Under the pieces are notes generated by a model that saw only the letters and a program-made list of their open reading frames with translations, was not told the origin of the DNA and searched no databases. Of a stretch of 64,000 nt of DNA, positions 26,037 to 38,100 are shown piece after piece. This DNA is from Antedon mediterranea (Eukaryota; Animalia; Echinodermata). A program made the position numbers and the translations under genes. Every line of letters starts with the position of its first letter. Within the stretch, counting starts at the first letter, position 1. The stretch lies in contig NC_092675.1 of assembly GCF_964355755.1 (NCBI RefSeq), positions 27,376,912 to 27,440,911 of the forward strand, in the 5' to 3' direction.

Positions 26037-26300
26037 TAAAGGTGTACAGATTTTATTTCGATAAAAAAAGTGTACAAAAATAACTTTACAAAAAATGTAC
26101 AGATTAAATTAACAACAACAAAAAATCACACATTAAACTAATTCTTATAAAGGTGTACAGTGTACATTGGCCACAGACATTCTTAAAACGAGGTGTACAG
26201 CTTTTATTTTAAAAAAAAGTATACAAAAATAATTTTACAAAAAGTGTATAGAATAAATTTACAAAAAAAAGTTCACACATTAAACTAATGCTTATAAAAG
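26037..26300 (+). repeat. Tandem ~150-bp duplication rich in tgtaca
   Basis: ggtgtacag.ttttattt...cacacattaaactaat occurs twice. Confidence 0.7.
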
Positions 26301-27217
26301 TCTACATGTCGATGTGTACATGTAACGTGGCATTACCATTAAGAAACAAATACAAACCAAACACTTAACAGCTAAAACAGCATAGCGATCGTTTTCGTAC
26401 GTAAAACAATACCTCCAGCAGGTATATCAACTTTAGTATTTTAAGTATAGGGCCTACACGCGACAAACACACAAACACCCTCTTGAATTGTAGGTACAGG
26501 CCTTTTGCCGTTCGTAATTCAAACTGTTCGGAAAATTGAAGTTAATATTCTGAGATTAGGCCTATAGTCTATGATTGCATTCTGCCTTCCCTCTCAGGAG
26601 CTTAGACTTGTCAACGGTCTAAAAGAGCTGTAATGCAGGATGCGAAACATAACAGTTTATTAATAAACAGTATATTATAACGATAAAGAAACGAATGTAC
26701 GATACACCAATATAACAGTACAATAACTGATTAACTGAAGACTTGAAGTCTACTGTATTCCTACAATCATTCAAGTAGACATTGTTTGTTGAGTGTATGA
26801 TACTTTCTCCAAAGAGAATTCGAACGATGTGTTTTTCGGACGTGTTTCTACGGTTATCAGAACGGGTCGATAATAATTTTAAAAAATAAAAACAAAAACA
26901 AAACAAAAAACGAACAACCTACTAACTTCCAAAAAATCAATACCCAAATAAGCTGAACCTAACCCACTAATTAATAATCTGTTCCATACATCAAAATCGG
27001 CCGAAAATGATCTGAACATTGAAAAGTGGACACGGTCGTCTGTTCTTCTTTTCTGTTTCCACGGCTTGTGACAGCCTCGTTGGTGATAAAGTCATGCGGT
27101 TTACACACTTATGATGACCATATCGCATAACATGTTCAGGGAACTTATTTTTCAACTCTCTGATACAATGTTTAAATACAAGTGGACTGGAAACCATTTA
27201 GGAATAGGGTTTTCTAA

Positions 27218-27882
27218 TAATAAAAGTTGTGTAAAACTTTAGTTATGGTCAAGGAGAATTGGTAAAGACTTGGAGTAAATGGTCAAAGCCGGTGGCAAAT
27301 GGTCAAGACCGAGAGAAAAATTAATGTACACCATTTTATAAGTTTATAGTCAATTATTGTGTTAACATTCATTTATGAATAAATCTGTATACGTATTCAA
27401 TAATAAAAAGAAGAATAACTTTCTTATGCTTAATATCATGAATAACATATCTTTAGTGGTTAAGGTAATATATTATTTCTCTGTATACTGCCGTCACACA
27501 TATAGATAAAGAGAGACTGTCCATTAATAAAAGTTGTGTAAAACTTTAGTTTTGGTCAAGGGGATTGGTCAAGACTTGAAGTAAATGGTCGAGACTTGGA
27601 GTAAATGGTCGAGACCGGGGGAAAATGGTCAAGACAGGGAGAAAATGATCAAGACAGGGAGAAAATGATCAAGACAGGGAGAAAAATTAATGTATACAAT
27701 TTTATAAGTTTATAGCCACTTATTGTGTTAAATTTCATTTATGATTAAACCTGTATACGTATTCAATAATAAAAAATTAATTTTCCTTCACTTAATATCA
27801 TGAATAACATATCTTTAGTGGTTAAGGTATTATATTATTTCTCTGTATACTGACCTCACAAATATAGATAAAGAGAGACTGT
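27218..27882 (+). repeat. Two ~300-355-bp tandem units containing iterated aaatggtcaagac 20-mers (mirror at 28540-29204)
   Basis: taataaaagttgtgtaaaactttagtt...gataaagagagactgt occurs twice; about 12 (t)ggtcaa/ggtcga/gatcaa motifs at ~20-nt spacing. Confidence 0.85.
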
Positions 27883-28179
27883 AACTAAAGGTTTATTGAT
27901 TATTAGGGTTACAGTGAGAGTTCTATGCAAACATTAAAAGGCCAATTAACGAGCCACCCAACTTAATTAAGTACCGGTACCTAACAAATGCGCTCAAACT
28001 CTATGCAGGTTACAACTCTACAAAAGAGGACATTGTATTTTTAAACTAGGGTTAAACATGAAAAAGGTCAATTACTTGAACTCTGAACATTGGAAAAAGG
28101 GTTGTGTCAATTGACACTTGAACTTTACCTCTAGACAAGGAGGAATGGACAGTTACAATTTACCATTAAACTCTGGTCA

Positions 28180-28242
28180 ACCGTTTTATTGGGGGGCTCT
28201 CAAATTTCGACGAAGTCGAAAATTGAAACTCCCATGCTTTTG
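28180..28242. other. Central imperfect hairpin (palindrome axis) with c(GAA)g triloop
   Basis: tcaaatttcgac-GAA-gtcgaaaattga (28200-28226, one A/A mismatch), partial ggggggc/actccc pairing, unpaired flanks. Confidence 0.9.
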
Positions 28243-31200
28243 TGACCAGAGTTTAATGGTAAATTGTAACTGTCCATTCCTCCTTGTCTAGAGGTAAAGT
28301 TCAAGTGTCAATTGACACAACCCTTTTTCCAATGTTCAGAGTTCAAGTAATTGACCTTTTTCATGTTTAACCCTAGTTTAAAAATACAATGTCCTCTTTT
28401 GTAGAGTTGTAACCTGCATAGAGTTTGAGCGCATTTGTTAGGTACCGGTACTTAATTAAGTTGGGTGGCTCGTTAATTGGCCTTTTAATGTTTGCATAGA
28501 ACTCTCACTGTAACCCTAATAATCAATAAACCTTTAGTTACAGTCTCTCTTTATCTATATTTGTGAGGTCAGTATACAGAGAAATAATATAATACCTTAA
28601 CCACTAAAGATATGTTATTCATGATATTAAGTGAAGGAAAATTAATTTTTTATTATTGAATACGTATACAGGTTTAATCATAAATGAAATTTAACACAAT
28701 AAGTGGCTATAAACTTATAAAATTGTATACATTAATTTTTCTCCCTGTCTTGATCATTTTCTCCCTGTCTTGATCATTTTCTCCCTGTCTTGACCATTTT
28801 CCCCCGGTCTCGACCATTTACTCCAAGTCTCGACCATTTACTTCAAGTCTTGACCAATCCCCTTGACCAAAACTAAAGTTTTACACAACTTTTATTAATG
28901 GACAGTCTCTCTTTATCTATATGTGTGACGGCAGTATACAGAGAAATAATATATTACCTTAACCACTAAAGATATGTTATTCATGATATTAAGCATAAGA
29001 AAGTTATTCTTCTTTTTATTATTGAATACGTATACAGATTTATTCATAAATGAATGTTAACACAATAATTGACTATAAACTTATAAAATGGTGTACATTA
29101 ATTTTTCTCTCGGTCTTGACCATTTGCCACCGGCTTTGACCATTTACTCCAAGTCTTTACCAATTCTCCTTGACCATAACTAAAGTTTTACACAACTTTT
29201 ATTATTAGAAAACCCTATTCCTAAATGGTTTCCAGTCCACTTGTATTTAAACATTGTATCAGAGAGTTGAAAAATAAGTTCCCTGAACATGTTATGCGAT
29301 ATGGTCATCATAAGTGTGTAAACCGCATGACTTTATCACCAACGAGGCTGTCACAAGCCGTGGAAACAGAAAAGAAGAACAGACGACCGTGTCCACTTTT
29401 CAATGTTCAGATCATTTTCGGCCGATTTTGATGTATGGAACAGATTATTAATTAGTGGGTTAGGTTCAGCTTATTTGGGTATTGATTTTTTGGAAGTTAG
29501 TAGGTTGTTCGTTTTTTGTTTTGTTTTTGTTTTTATTTTTTAAAATTATTATCGACCCGTTCTGATAACCGTAGAAACACGTCCGAAAAACACATCGTTC
29601 GAATTCTCTTTGGAGAAAGTATCATACACTCAACAAACAATGTCTACTTGAATGATTGTAGGAATACAGTAGACTTCAAGTCTTCAGTTAATCAGTTATT
29701 GTACTGTTATATTGGTGTATCGTACATTCGTTTCTTTATCGTTATAATATACTGTTTATTAATAAACTGTTATGTTTCGCATCCTGCATTACAGCTCTTT
29801 TAGACCGTTGACAAGTCTAAGCTCCTGAGAGGGAAGGCAGAATGCAATCATAGACTATAGGCCTAATCTCAGAATATTAACTTCAATTTTCCGAACAGTT
29901 TGAATTACGAACGGCAAAAGGCCTGTACCTACAATTCAAGAGGGTGTTTGTGTGTTTGTCGCGTGTAGGCCCTATACTTAAAATACTAAAGTTGATATAC
30001 CTGCTGGAGGTATTGTTTTACGTACGAAAACGATCGCTATGCTGTTTTAGCTGTTAAGTGTTTGGTTTGTATTTGTTTCTTAATGGTAATGCCACGTTAC
30101 ATGTACACATCGACATGTAGACTTTTATAAGCATTAGTTTAATGTGTGAACTTTTTTTTGTAAATTTATTCTATACACTTTTTGTAAAATTATTTTTGTA
30201 TACTTTTTTTTAAAATAAAAGCTGTACACCTCGTTTTAAGAATGTCTGTGGCCAATGTACACTGTACACCTTTATAAGAATTAGTTTAATGTGTGATTTT
30301 TTGTTGTTGTTAATTTATTCTGTACATTTTTTGTAAAGTTATTTTTGTACACTTTTTTTATCGAAATAAAATCTGTACACCTTTATTTTCTTAAATTCTA
30401 ATAATTTGTTAGTGTTATTGTTTAAATAATTTGTGAAACTAATTTGTATTGTTTACAGCATGTTACAATGTTGATGATTTCCTACAGGTATTGAACCGTT
30501 TTAGTGGTTATACTTGTTAACTTTTTAAGCAACATCACACTCATTTTAACCAGGAGGAGATAAAATGCAAATAAAACGATTTTTAAAAAGTAAACATAAA
30601 TACAATTTTTACAAAATATACCAACAACATGGAGGCCTGCCAACTTTACGAGTATAAACAAGTAATAAACTGTACTAGAGAAACACTATCGACATTAACA
30701 TACATAATTATAAACAATGAGATGGTGTAAACAAAGAAAAACACAGGTTACTGTATAACAATGTAAGACAAACTTTTTATCTCCATTATCAATTGTTTTC
30801 TTGTGCCGCTATGCAGACTTTAAAAAAAAAGAAAAAAAGGGGGGGGGGGGTTTATCGTACATCAATCCTTTAGAGTAATATTCATGTTTGATATGAGCTG
30901 GTAAGAAAACAAGTAAAGATATAAAGGATTTGTGTAAAGATATTACACCTGATGAGTTGAATAATGTGATTGGAAACGTTAAACGCGTCTCCTGTGATTT
31001 TGTGAAGGAAAAATTTACGTTAATATAACTTCGAGACGAAAATGATTTGTTTAGTGTATTTCCTTTTCTTTTGTCTTTGTTTCGTTTATTTATTATTTAA
31101 CTAGTAGCTCAGATTTGTGATTGGTTGATGTTTTTTGCTGCTGTCCGGTAGTTATCGTGTTGTAACGTATTTTTCATTGACGTCAGCTGTTCTTGAATGA

Positions 31201-32058
31201 GAAAACCTTTTAAAAATAGTGACGTCATGTTTTGTCTAATATTCCCTGTCGATGATACCTAGCGTCAGTAATAAACCCCTTACTGAGGAATCTTTCATAA
31301 AATGGTGCTAGATTAAGGGATGTGAGAGAGCTATAGGTAACCATCAATAAGAGAACATTTACAAAGAACCGTTATAAGGTTAAGCCTACAGAGCGAAGAC
31401 ACAGGCCTGTAAAATTGCTAACGAAACAGCAGAAGATTCATAAAAAAAGTTTTTAAAAATAGTCGAAAAATAAACATGTAGAAAAAAAAAGTAGGCCTTA
31501 GAATAGCTAATGGAAATAACCTGCTTGTAAACAAATTTCAATGTTTGGGGTCCGGTTGAATGTCTAGTTTTTTTGTTTTTCTGTTAAAATTAGTAGAAAT
31601 GACTAACTAAACGGTTAAAACGCTTTAAAGAAAAACGTGCAAACATAAGAAACTGTTACATGTATTTATAACAATTAGAAATACAATACAATTTACTTTT
31701 AAGAGATTATTTAATTTTTATCCACACAATGGGACACAATCACATGAATATTAACGATCAATGGAATCTAAGTGAATTTCAATACAATAATACAACTATT
31801 TGTTTCGTAAAGTTAATCATTATCCACACTATGACAAACAATCACATTATTATTAACGATCAATGGAATTAGCCCTATATCTAAGTGAATTAACTTCAAT
31901 ACAATAATACAACCATTTGTAGAAATATCATCACAAAAGTAATCTAACTTGTACTACTACACTATATGAAAACAGATCATGAACAGTTGATGTTCTTGAG
32001 ATCTGCAATCACTATTGAATTGAAGACTGTTAGGCCTAATGTTTGCGTAAAATTTCTC

Positions 32059-33757
32059 TCATCTTTTAATATCTCTAAACGTAAGATTTATTCTTGGTAG
32101 CTTGATGGATTGATTTTTAGGCAGTGAATGGTACCAGTACTCATTAGTGGGATAATTCATCATTAATAATGTACCGTGTTTAAGATCAACAGTTACTGGC
32201 TCAATTATTCTTTTGGGGCTCTTACCTCGCGCATCACCATGTCGAAATCTAAACATACGTGTTTGCCCTAATGATACAGAGGCGATTGGACTAAAGTGAT
32301 TCATGTCTTTTTCATCATCTTTGTGTTCGCCAATGTAATCACTGCCAGTAGCATATCTATAGAGTAACGACAAAATACAATAGAAAATAAAGTATTTTAA
32401 CATGAGATTAAAAAAAAAACACCCAATTAACCATTGGGGGAGGGGGGATGTATGTAAGTAAAATAACACTTGCACAATAGAATTAAAACAAACAAAATAA
32501 TAAACAAGAATATTTACCGATTGACCAAGACAAAATTGAAGTAATTCCCTGTAACCGTTTTTAAAAGATCGCGGAGATCTTTCAGGAATGGTGGCCACGG
32601 TAAAGCTGGTACTGTATTGCCTGAATATTTGTAAGTTAGGCCCGAATCGCCAAACGAAACATACAGAGGGGAAAACCATACATTACATAGTAATTTAAGA
32701 ATCTTATTTGGTGAGATGTAAATGAACACGCCCTAATAAAATCATTTACAGTAAAAGAGTAAATTACACATCTACCCAGCGGTAAATAAAGAAAAACAAA
32801 GGAAACGATATAGGCCTACAAGTAATTAACAAGTCATTAATACAAAACCACGGATAAAATAATAATGGAACTAACCTGTTTTCTAGGAATATTAAACCAC
32901 TTTCCGTACACTTTCACCTTTGCAAGATCACCGGTAAAATAGTCAATCTCTTCCTCACATTTTTTAAACAATGTATCGGCTGTTCCTTTATCAAGAAGTT
33001 GAAGGTAATCACAATCTAAATTTTCCCCTGTTATTTTTTGCACAGATAACCAATCAGGGGATAGCAATTGTTGCTCTGAATTGAATAAACGTCCTCCGTT
33101 ATCGTTTTCGTCACCACCACCATCGACGGTAACCGCATTATCATTATCAACCTCTTCAATCATCTTTTGAATTTCACCGTGTTGTTCAATTAACTTGTAC
33201 CACTGTCTCTTTGGAAGGTTTATACCTTTTTTGCCGGGTTTAAACTCGCCTCCTTCTTCGGCCTGGTAACAATGGCGAATACATACAAACTGCTCTTCTT
33301 TCCAGCTACTAACTACCACATGTAGTATGTCCGAAAGTGGGATTCTTACTGCCTCCACCAAGTTAATGTCTCTTTGCAAGTTGGCTAGGGCTTGAAGAAT
33401 TAAATCAATATTGGTAAAAAGTTTTTGCCACAGCAGAACGGGTAAATTAATACCTAGAGGTCCAGGTTTGAAGGCACCATTTTCTTCCGTTTGATAACAT
33501 TCTCTAAGGCATACATAAACAACTTCACCCCAGCGCTGGGCCACTACATGGCGTTTTTCAGACAGAAAAATCCGATTCGTTGAAGTTATTGGAATCTTTG
33601 GTTCACCACCGGTCATTTCGGCATAATCCATGGCGCTAATTCCTGAGGCAGAGTGAAATGATTTTTTACTTGTTGACGGCTTCGCTGCTTTACTCAAATC
33701 GTTTGTTTGACCGTTGAAAAATTTTCTAGGATCCAATAACTTCGAGGAGGTAGTCAT
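32059..33757 (-). CDS. Mirror copy of the PC4-PC4-AlkB fusion (exons 33757-32876, 32660-32518, 32356-32059)
   Basis: Inverted copy; differs by one H>N change in exon 2 and two synonymous changes. Confidence 0.85.
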
Positions 33758-33963
33758 CGTTGGTACTTTAAAACTGCGTTTGAATCAGGTCCGATATATA
33801 TGTAACAGCTCAGTACGGAAGTAGCCTTTTAACAGTAATTAGCCTAAAGCGATATTAATTGTTTTTCCTGTCAATTGTCTCCCTACAACGCGTGCGGATT
33901 AAAGCATTGTTAATTGTTTGTTTTCCGGTCAATCGTTTTTCCGTGGCACGTGCGAAACACGTT

Positions 33964-34515
33964 TTAGATATCCTCACACAATAACTTATACAGGTTCTCT
34001 GAATTAGTCAAGGTATTTACGAGAAAGTAAACAAAATGTCTATACCGTGGTAATGAATATTCCTCGTACTTATTCAACTCACTATACACGGTATTGTCTG
34101 TAACATACTCTTTATCCAGAACCTCCCGATAAAAATAATCAATCTGTTCTTCTGGAGATTTCATACAGCAGAAGTCATGATATTTTTGACCAGGCCTATC
34201 AAATTCGCAACCATAACAAGCCGCTTTACTTAACATCCAGCACATGTTTAACACTTGAGAAACAAACACTTCTCTGGCTAAATATTCCAATTTCAATAAC
34301 AATTCTCTCTCCACCTCATCTACGTACGTAAATATACAACTTGTAGCCCGGCTACCCCTCTCAACTCCTTCATCAACACCGGCGGGTACACCCTCATTAG
34401 TCCGCATGTACCGATCACCGATATCGTTACCTGTAACAACAGTCTCCTCATCATCGCTAATAATTATAACTGTATCTACACAGCTACCTAACGAAAAATC
34501 TATACTTCCAGACAT
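33964..34515 (-). CDS. Mirror copy of the 183-aa Cys/His-motif ORF
   Basis: Identical translation in the ORF track. Confidence 0.7.
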   Translation of the reverse strand: MSGSIDFSLGSCVDTVIIISDDEETVVTGNDIGDRYMRTNEGVPAGVDEGVERGSRATSCIFTYVDEVERELLLKLEYLAREVFVSQVLNMCWMLSKAACYGCEFDRPGQKYHDFCCMKSPEEQIDYFYREVLDKEYVTDNTVYSELNKYEEYSLPRYRHFVYFLVNTLTNSENLYKLLCEDI

Positions 34516-35113
34516 AGCGAAATACTGTAACTCCACGTAAAAATAGACGAAACAACTGGAAAGGTCACAAAAAGCAGTCCCTCTTCTTACAATGTCTAAA
34601 AAGAAACGGCTCTAAAATATCAAATACAAAACTATTGTACCAAACAAAAAGAACAATGAACAAAAGAAATTAGGATATACTAAACAAAGGCGACCTATGC
34701 AATGGTCAAACCGCCTAAAAATAACAATAGCAATCCTCAAACAAAGAACTACCTTCACTAATATATTTAAAATACAAATTCATCACCAACTACAATTATA
34801 ACCCAGGCCAAAACGAAAACCCCGCCAAAATAACAAACCCCCTTCTCTAACAAAGAATGACCTTTCGCTAATTAATATTACAATAACAGGAAATTAAACA
34901 ATAGAAAATATAATATATACCCTGGGGATATGACATTCCTTTCCGGTCTGGTACAAAGAATGACCTTTCACTAATTATTATTACAATACCTGGAAATTAA
35001 ACAATAGAAATATGAAATATGCCCTGGGGGTATGACATTCCATTTGGGCCTGGAATACTTCTGCCCTGGGGGTATGACCTTCCATTCGGGTCTGTATTCC
35101 CTCTACCTCTACT

Positions 35114-38100
35114 CACCCCGACGCCTCGGGCCGGGTACACAATAGTATAGATTGACGTAGTATGGTCCTGACTTTCCAGAAATGTGCCACTTGCCCCGGC
35201 CCAGTGCGGGAAAGTACGTGTTTAAAAGCAATTTCAAATGCGTATTTTTAGCATTAATTTACTAAGAATTAATAGCACCACTTTTAAAGTGGCCATATGA
35301 CCACACCCCAACGCCTCGGGCCGGGAACACAATAGTATAGATTGACGTAGAATGGTCCTGGCATTCCAGAAATGTGCCACTTGCCCCGGCCCAGTGCGGG
35401 CAAGTACTGATTTTAAAGCAATTTCAAATGCGTATTTTTAGAATTAATTTACTAAGAATTAATAGCACCACATTTAAAGTGGCCATATGACCACACCCCG
35501 ACGCCTCGGGCCGGGAACACAATAGTATAGATTGACGTAGTATGGTCCTGGCATTCCAGAAATATACCACTTGCCCCGGCCCAGTGCCGGCAAGTACGGA
35601 TTTTAAAGCAATTTAAATGCGTATTTTTAGCATTAATTTAGTAAACACCACTTTTAAAGTGGCCATATGACCACACCCCGACGCCTCGGGCCGGGTACAC
35701 AATAGTATAGATTGACGTAGTATGGTCCTGACTTTCCAGAAATGTGCCACTTGCCCCGGCCCAGTGCGGGAATTACGTGTTTAAAAGCAATTTCAAATGC
35801 GTATTTTTAGCATTAATTTACTAAGAATTAATAGCACCACTTTTAAAGTGGCCATATGACCACACCCCAACGCCTCGGGCCGGGAACACAATAGTATAGA
35901 TTGACGTAGAATGGTCCTGGCATTCCAGAAATGTGCCACTTGCCCCGGCCCAGTGCGGGCAAGTACGGATTTTAAAGCAATTTAAAATGCGTATTTTTAG
36001 CATTAATTTAGTAAACACCACTTTTAAAGTGGCCATATGACCACACCCCGACGCGTCGGGCCGGGTACACAATAGTATAGATTGACTTAGTATGGTCCTG
36101 GCTTTCCAGAAATGTGCCACTTGCCCCGGCCCAGTGCGGGCAACTACGTGTTTAAAAGCAATTTCAAATGCGTTTTTTAGCATTAATTTACTAAGAATTA
36201 ATAGCACCACATTTAAAGTGGCCATATGACCACACCCCGACGCCTCGGGCCGGGAACACAATAGTATAGATTGACGTAGTATGGTCCTGGCATTCCAGAA
36301 ATATACCACTTGCCCCGGCCCAGTGCCGGCAAGTACGGATTTTAAAGCAATTTAAAATGCGTATTTTTAGCATTAATTTAGTAAACACCACTTTTAAAGT
36401 GGCCATATGACCACACCCCGACGCCTCGGGCCGGGTACACAATAGTATAGATTGACGTAGTATGGTCCTGACTTTCCAGAAATGTGCCACTTGCCCCGGC
36501 CCAGTGCGGGAATTACGTGTTTAAAAGCAATTTCAAATGCGTATTTTTAGCATTGATTTACTAAGAATTAATAGCACCACTTTTAAAGTGGCCACATGAC
36601 CACACCCCAACGCCTCGGGCCGGGAACACAATAGTATAGATTGACGTAGAATGGTCCGGACATTCCAGAAATGTGCCACTTGCCCCGGCCCAGTGCGGGC
36701 AAGTACGTGTTTTAAAGCAATTTAAAATGCGTGTTTTTAGTGTTATTTTACTAAGTATTAATAGCACCACTTTTAAAGTGGCAATATGACCACACCCCGA
36801 CGCCTCGGGCCGGATTCACAATAGTATAGATTGACGTAGTATGGTCCTGACTTTCCAGAAATGTGCCACTTGCCCCGGCCCAGTGCGGGCAAGTACGTGT
36901 TTAAAAGCAATTTCAAATGCGTATTTTTAGTGTTATTTTACTAAGTATTAATAGCACCACTTTTAAAGTGGCCATATGACCACACCCCGACGCCTCGGGC
37001 CGGGTACACAATAATATAGGTTGACGTAGTATGGTCCTGACTTTCCAGAAATGTGCCACTTGCCCCGGCCCAGTGCGGGAATTACGTGTTTAAAAGCAAT
37101 TTCAAATGCGTATTTTTAGCATTAATTTACTAAGAATTAATAGCACCACTTTTAAAGTGGCCATATGACCACACCCCAACGCCTCGGGCCGGATTCACAA
37201 TAGTATAGATTGACGTAGTATGGTCCTGACTTTCCAGAAATGTGCCACTTGCCCCGGCCCAGTGCGGGAATTACGTGTTTAAAAGCAATTTCAAATGCGT
37301 ATTTTTAGCATTAATTTACTAAGAATTAATAGCACCACTTTTAAAGTGGCCATATGACCACACCCCAACGCCTCGGGCCGGGAACACAATAGTATAGATT
37401 GACGTAGAATGGTCCTGGCATTCCAGAAATGTGCCACTTGCCCCGGCCCAGTGCGGGCAAGTACGGATTTTAAAGCAATTTAAAATGCGTATTTTTAGCA
37501 TTAATTTAGTAAACACCACTTTTAAAGTGGCCATATGACCACACCCCGACGCGTCGGGCCGGGTACACAATAGTATAGATTGACTTAGTATGGTCCTGGC
37601 TTTCCAGAAATGTGCCACTTGCCCCGGCCCAGTGCGGGCAACTACGTGTTTAAAAGCAATTTCAAATGCGTTTTTTAGCATTAATTTACTAAGAATTAAT
37701 AGCACCACATTTAAAGTGGCCATATGACCACACCCCGACGCCTCGGGCCGGGAACACAATAGTATAGATTGACGTAGTATGGTCCTGGCATTCCAGAAAT
37801 ATACCACTTGCCCCGGCCCAGTGCCGGCAAGTACGGATTTTAAAGCAATTTAAAATGCGTATTTTTAGCATTAATTTAGTAAACACCACTTTTAAAGTGG
37901 CCATATGACCACACCCCGACGCCTCGGGCCGGGTACACAATAGTATAGATTGACGTAGTATGGTCCTGACTTTCCAGAAATGTGCCACTTGCCCCGGCCC
38001 AGTGCGGGAATTACGTGTTTAAAAGCAATTTCAAATGCGTATTTTTAGCATTAATTTACTAAGAATTAATAGCACCACTTTTAAAGTGGCCATATGACCA

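Larger units (their letters stand above)
21312..35113. mobile_element. Fully palindromic, non-autonomous Polinton/Maverick-ended element (13,802 bp)
   Basis: Termini agtagaggtagag... / ...ctctacctctact; 6-bp TSD cacccc (21306-21311, 35114-35119); arms 21312-28179 and 28243-35113 are inverted copies with only about 8 differences seen. Confidence 0.85.

Noticed and set aside
21312-35113. Palindrome as a sequencing or assembly fold-back artefact
   Set aside because: A perfect 6-bp TSD, in-phase satellite continuation on both sides and several arm differences argue for a real insertion; read-level confirmation is still advisable
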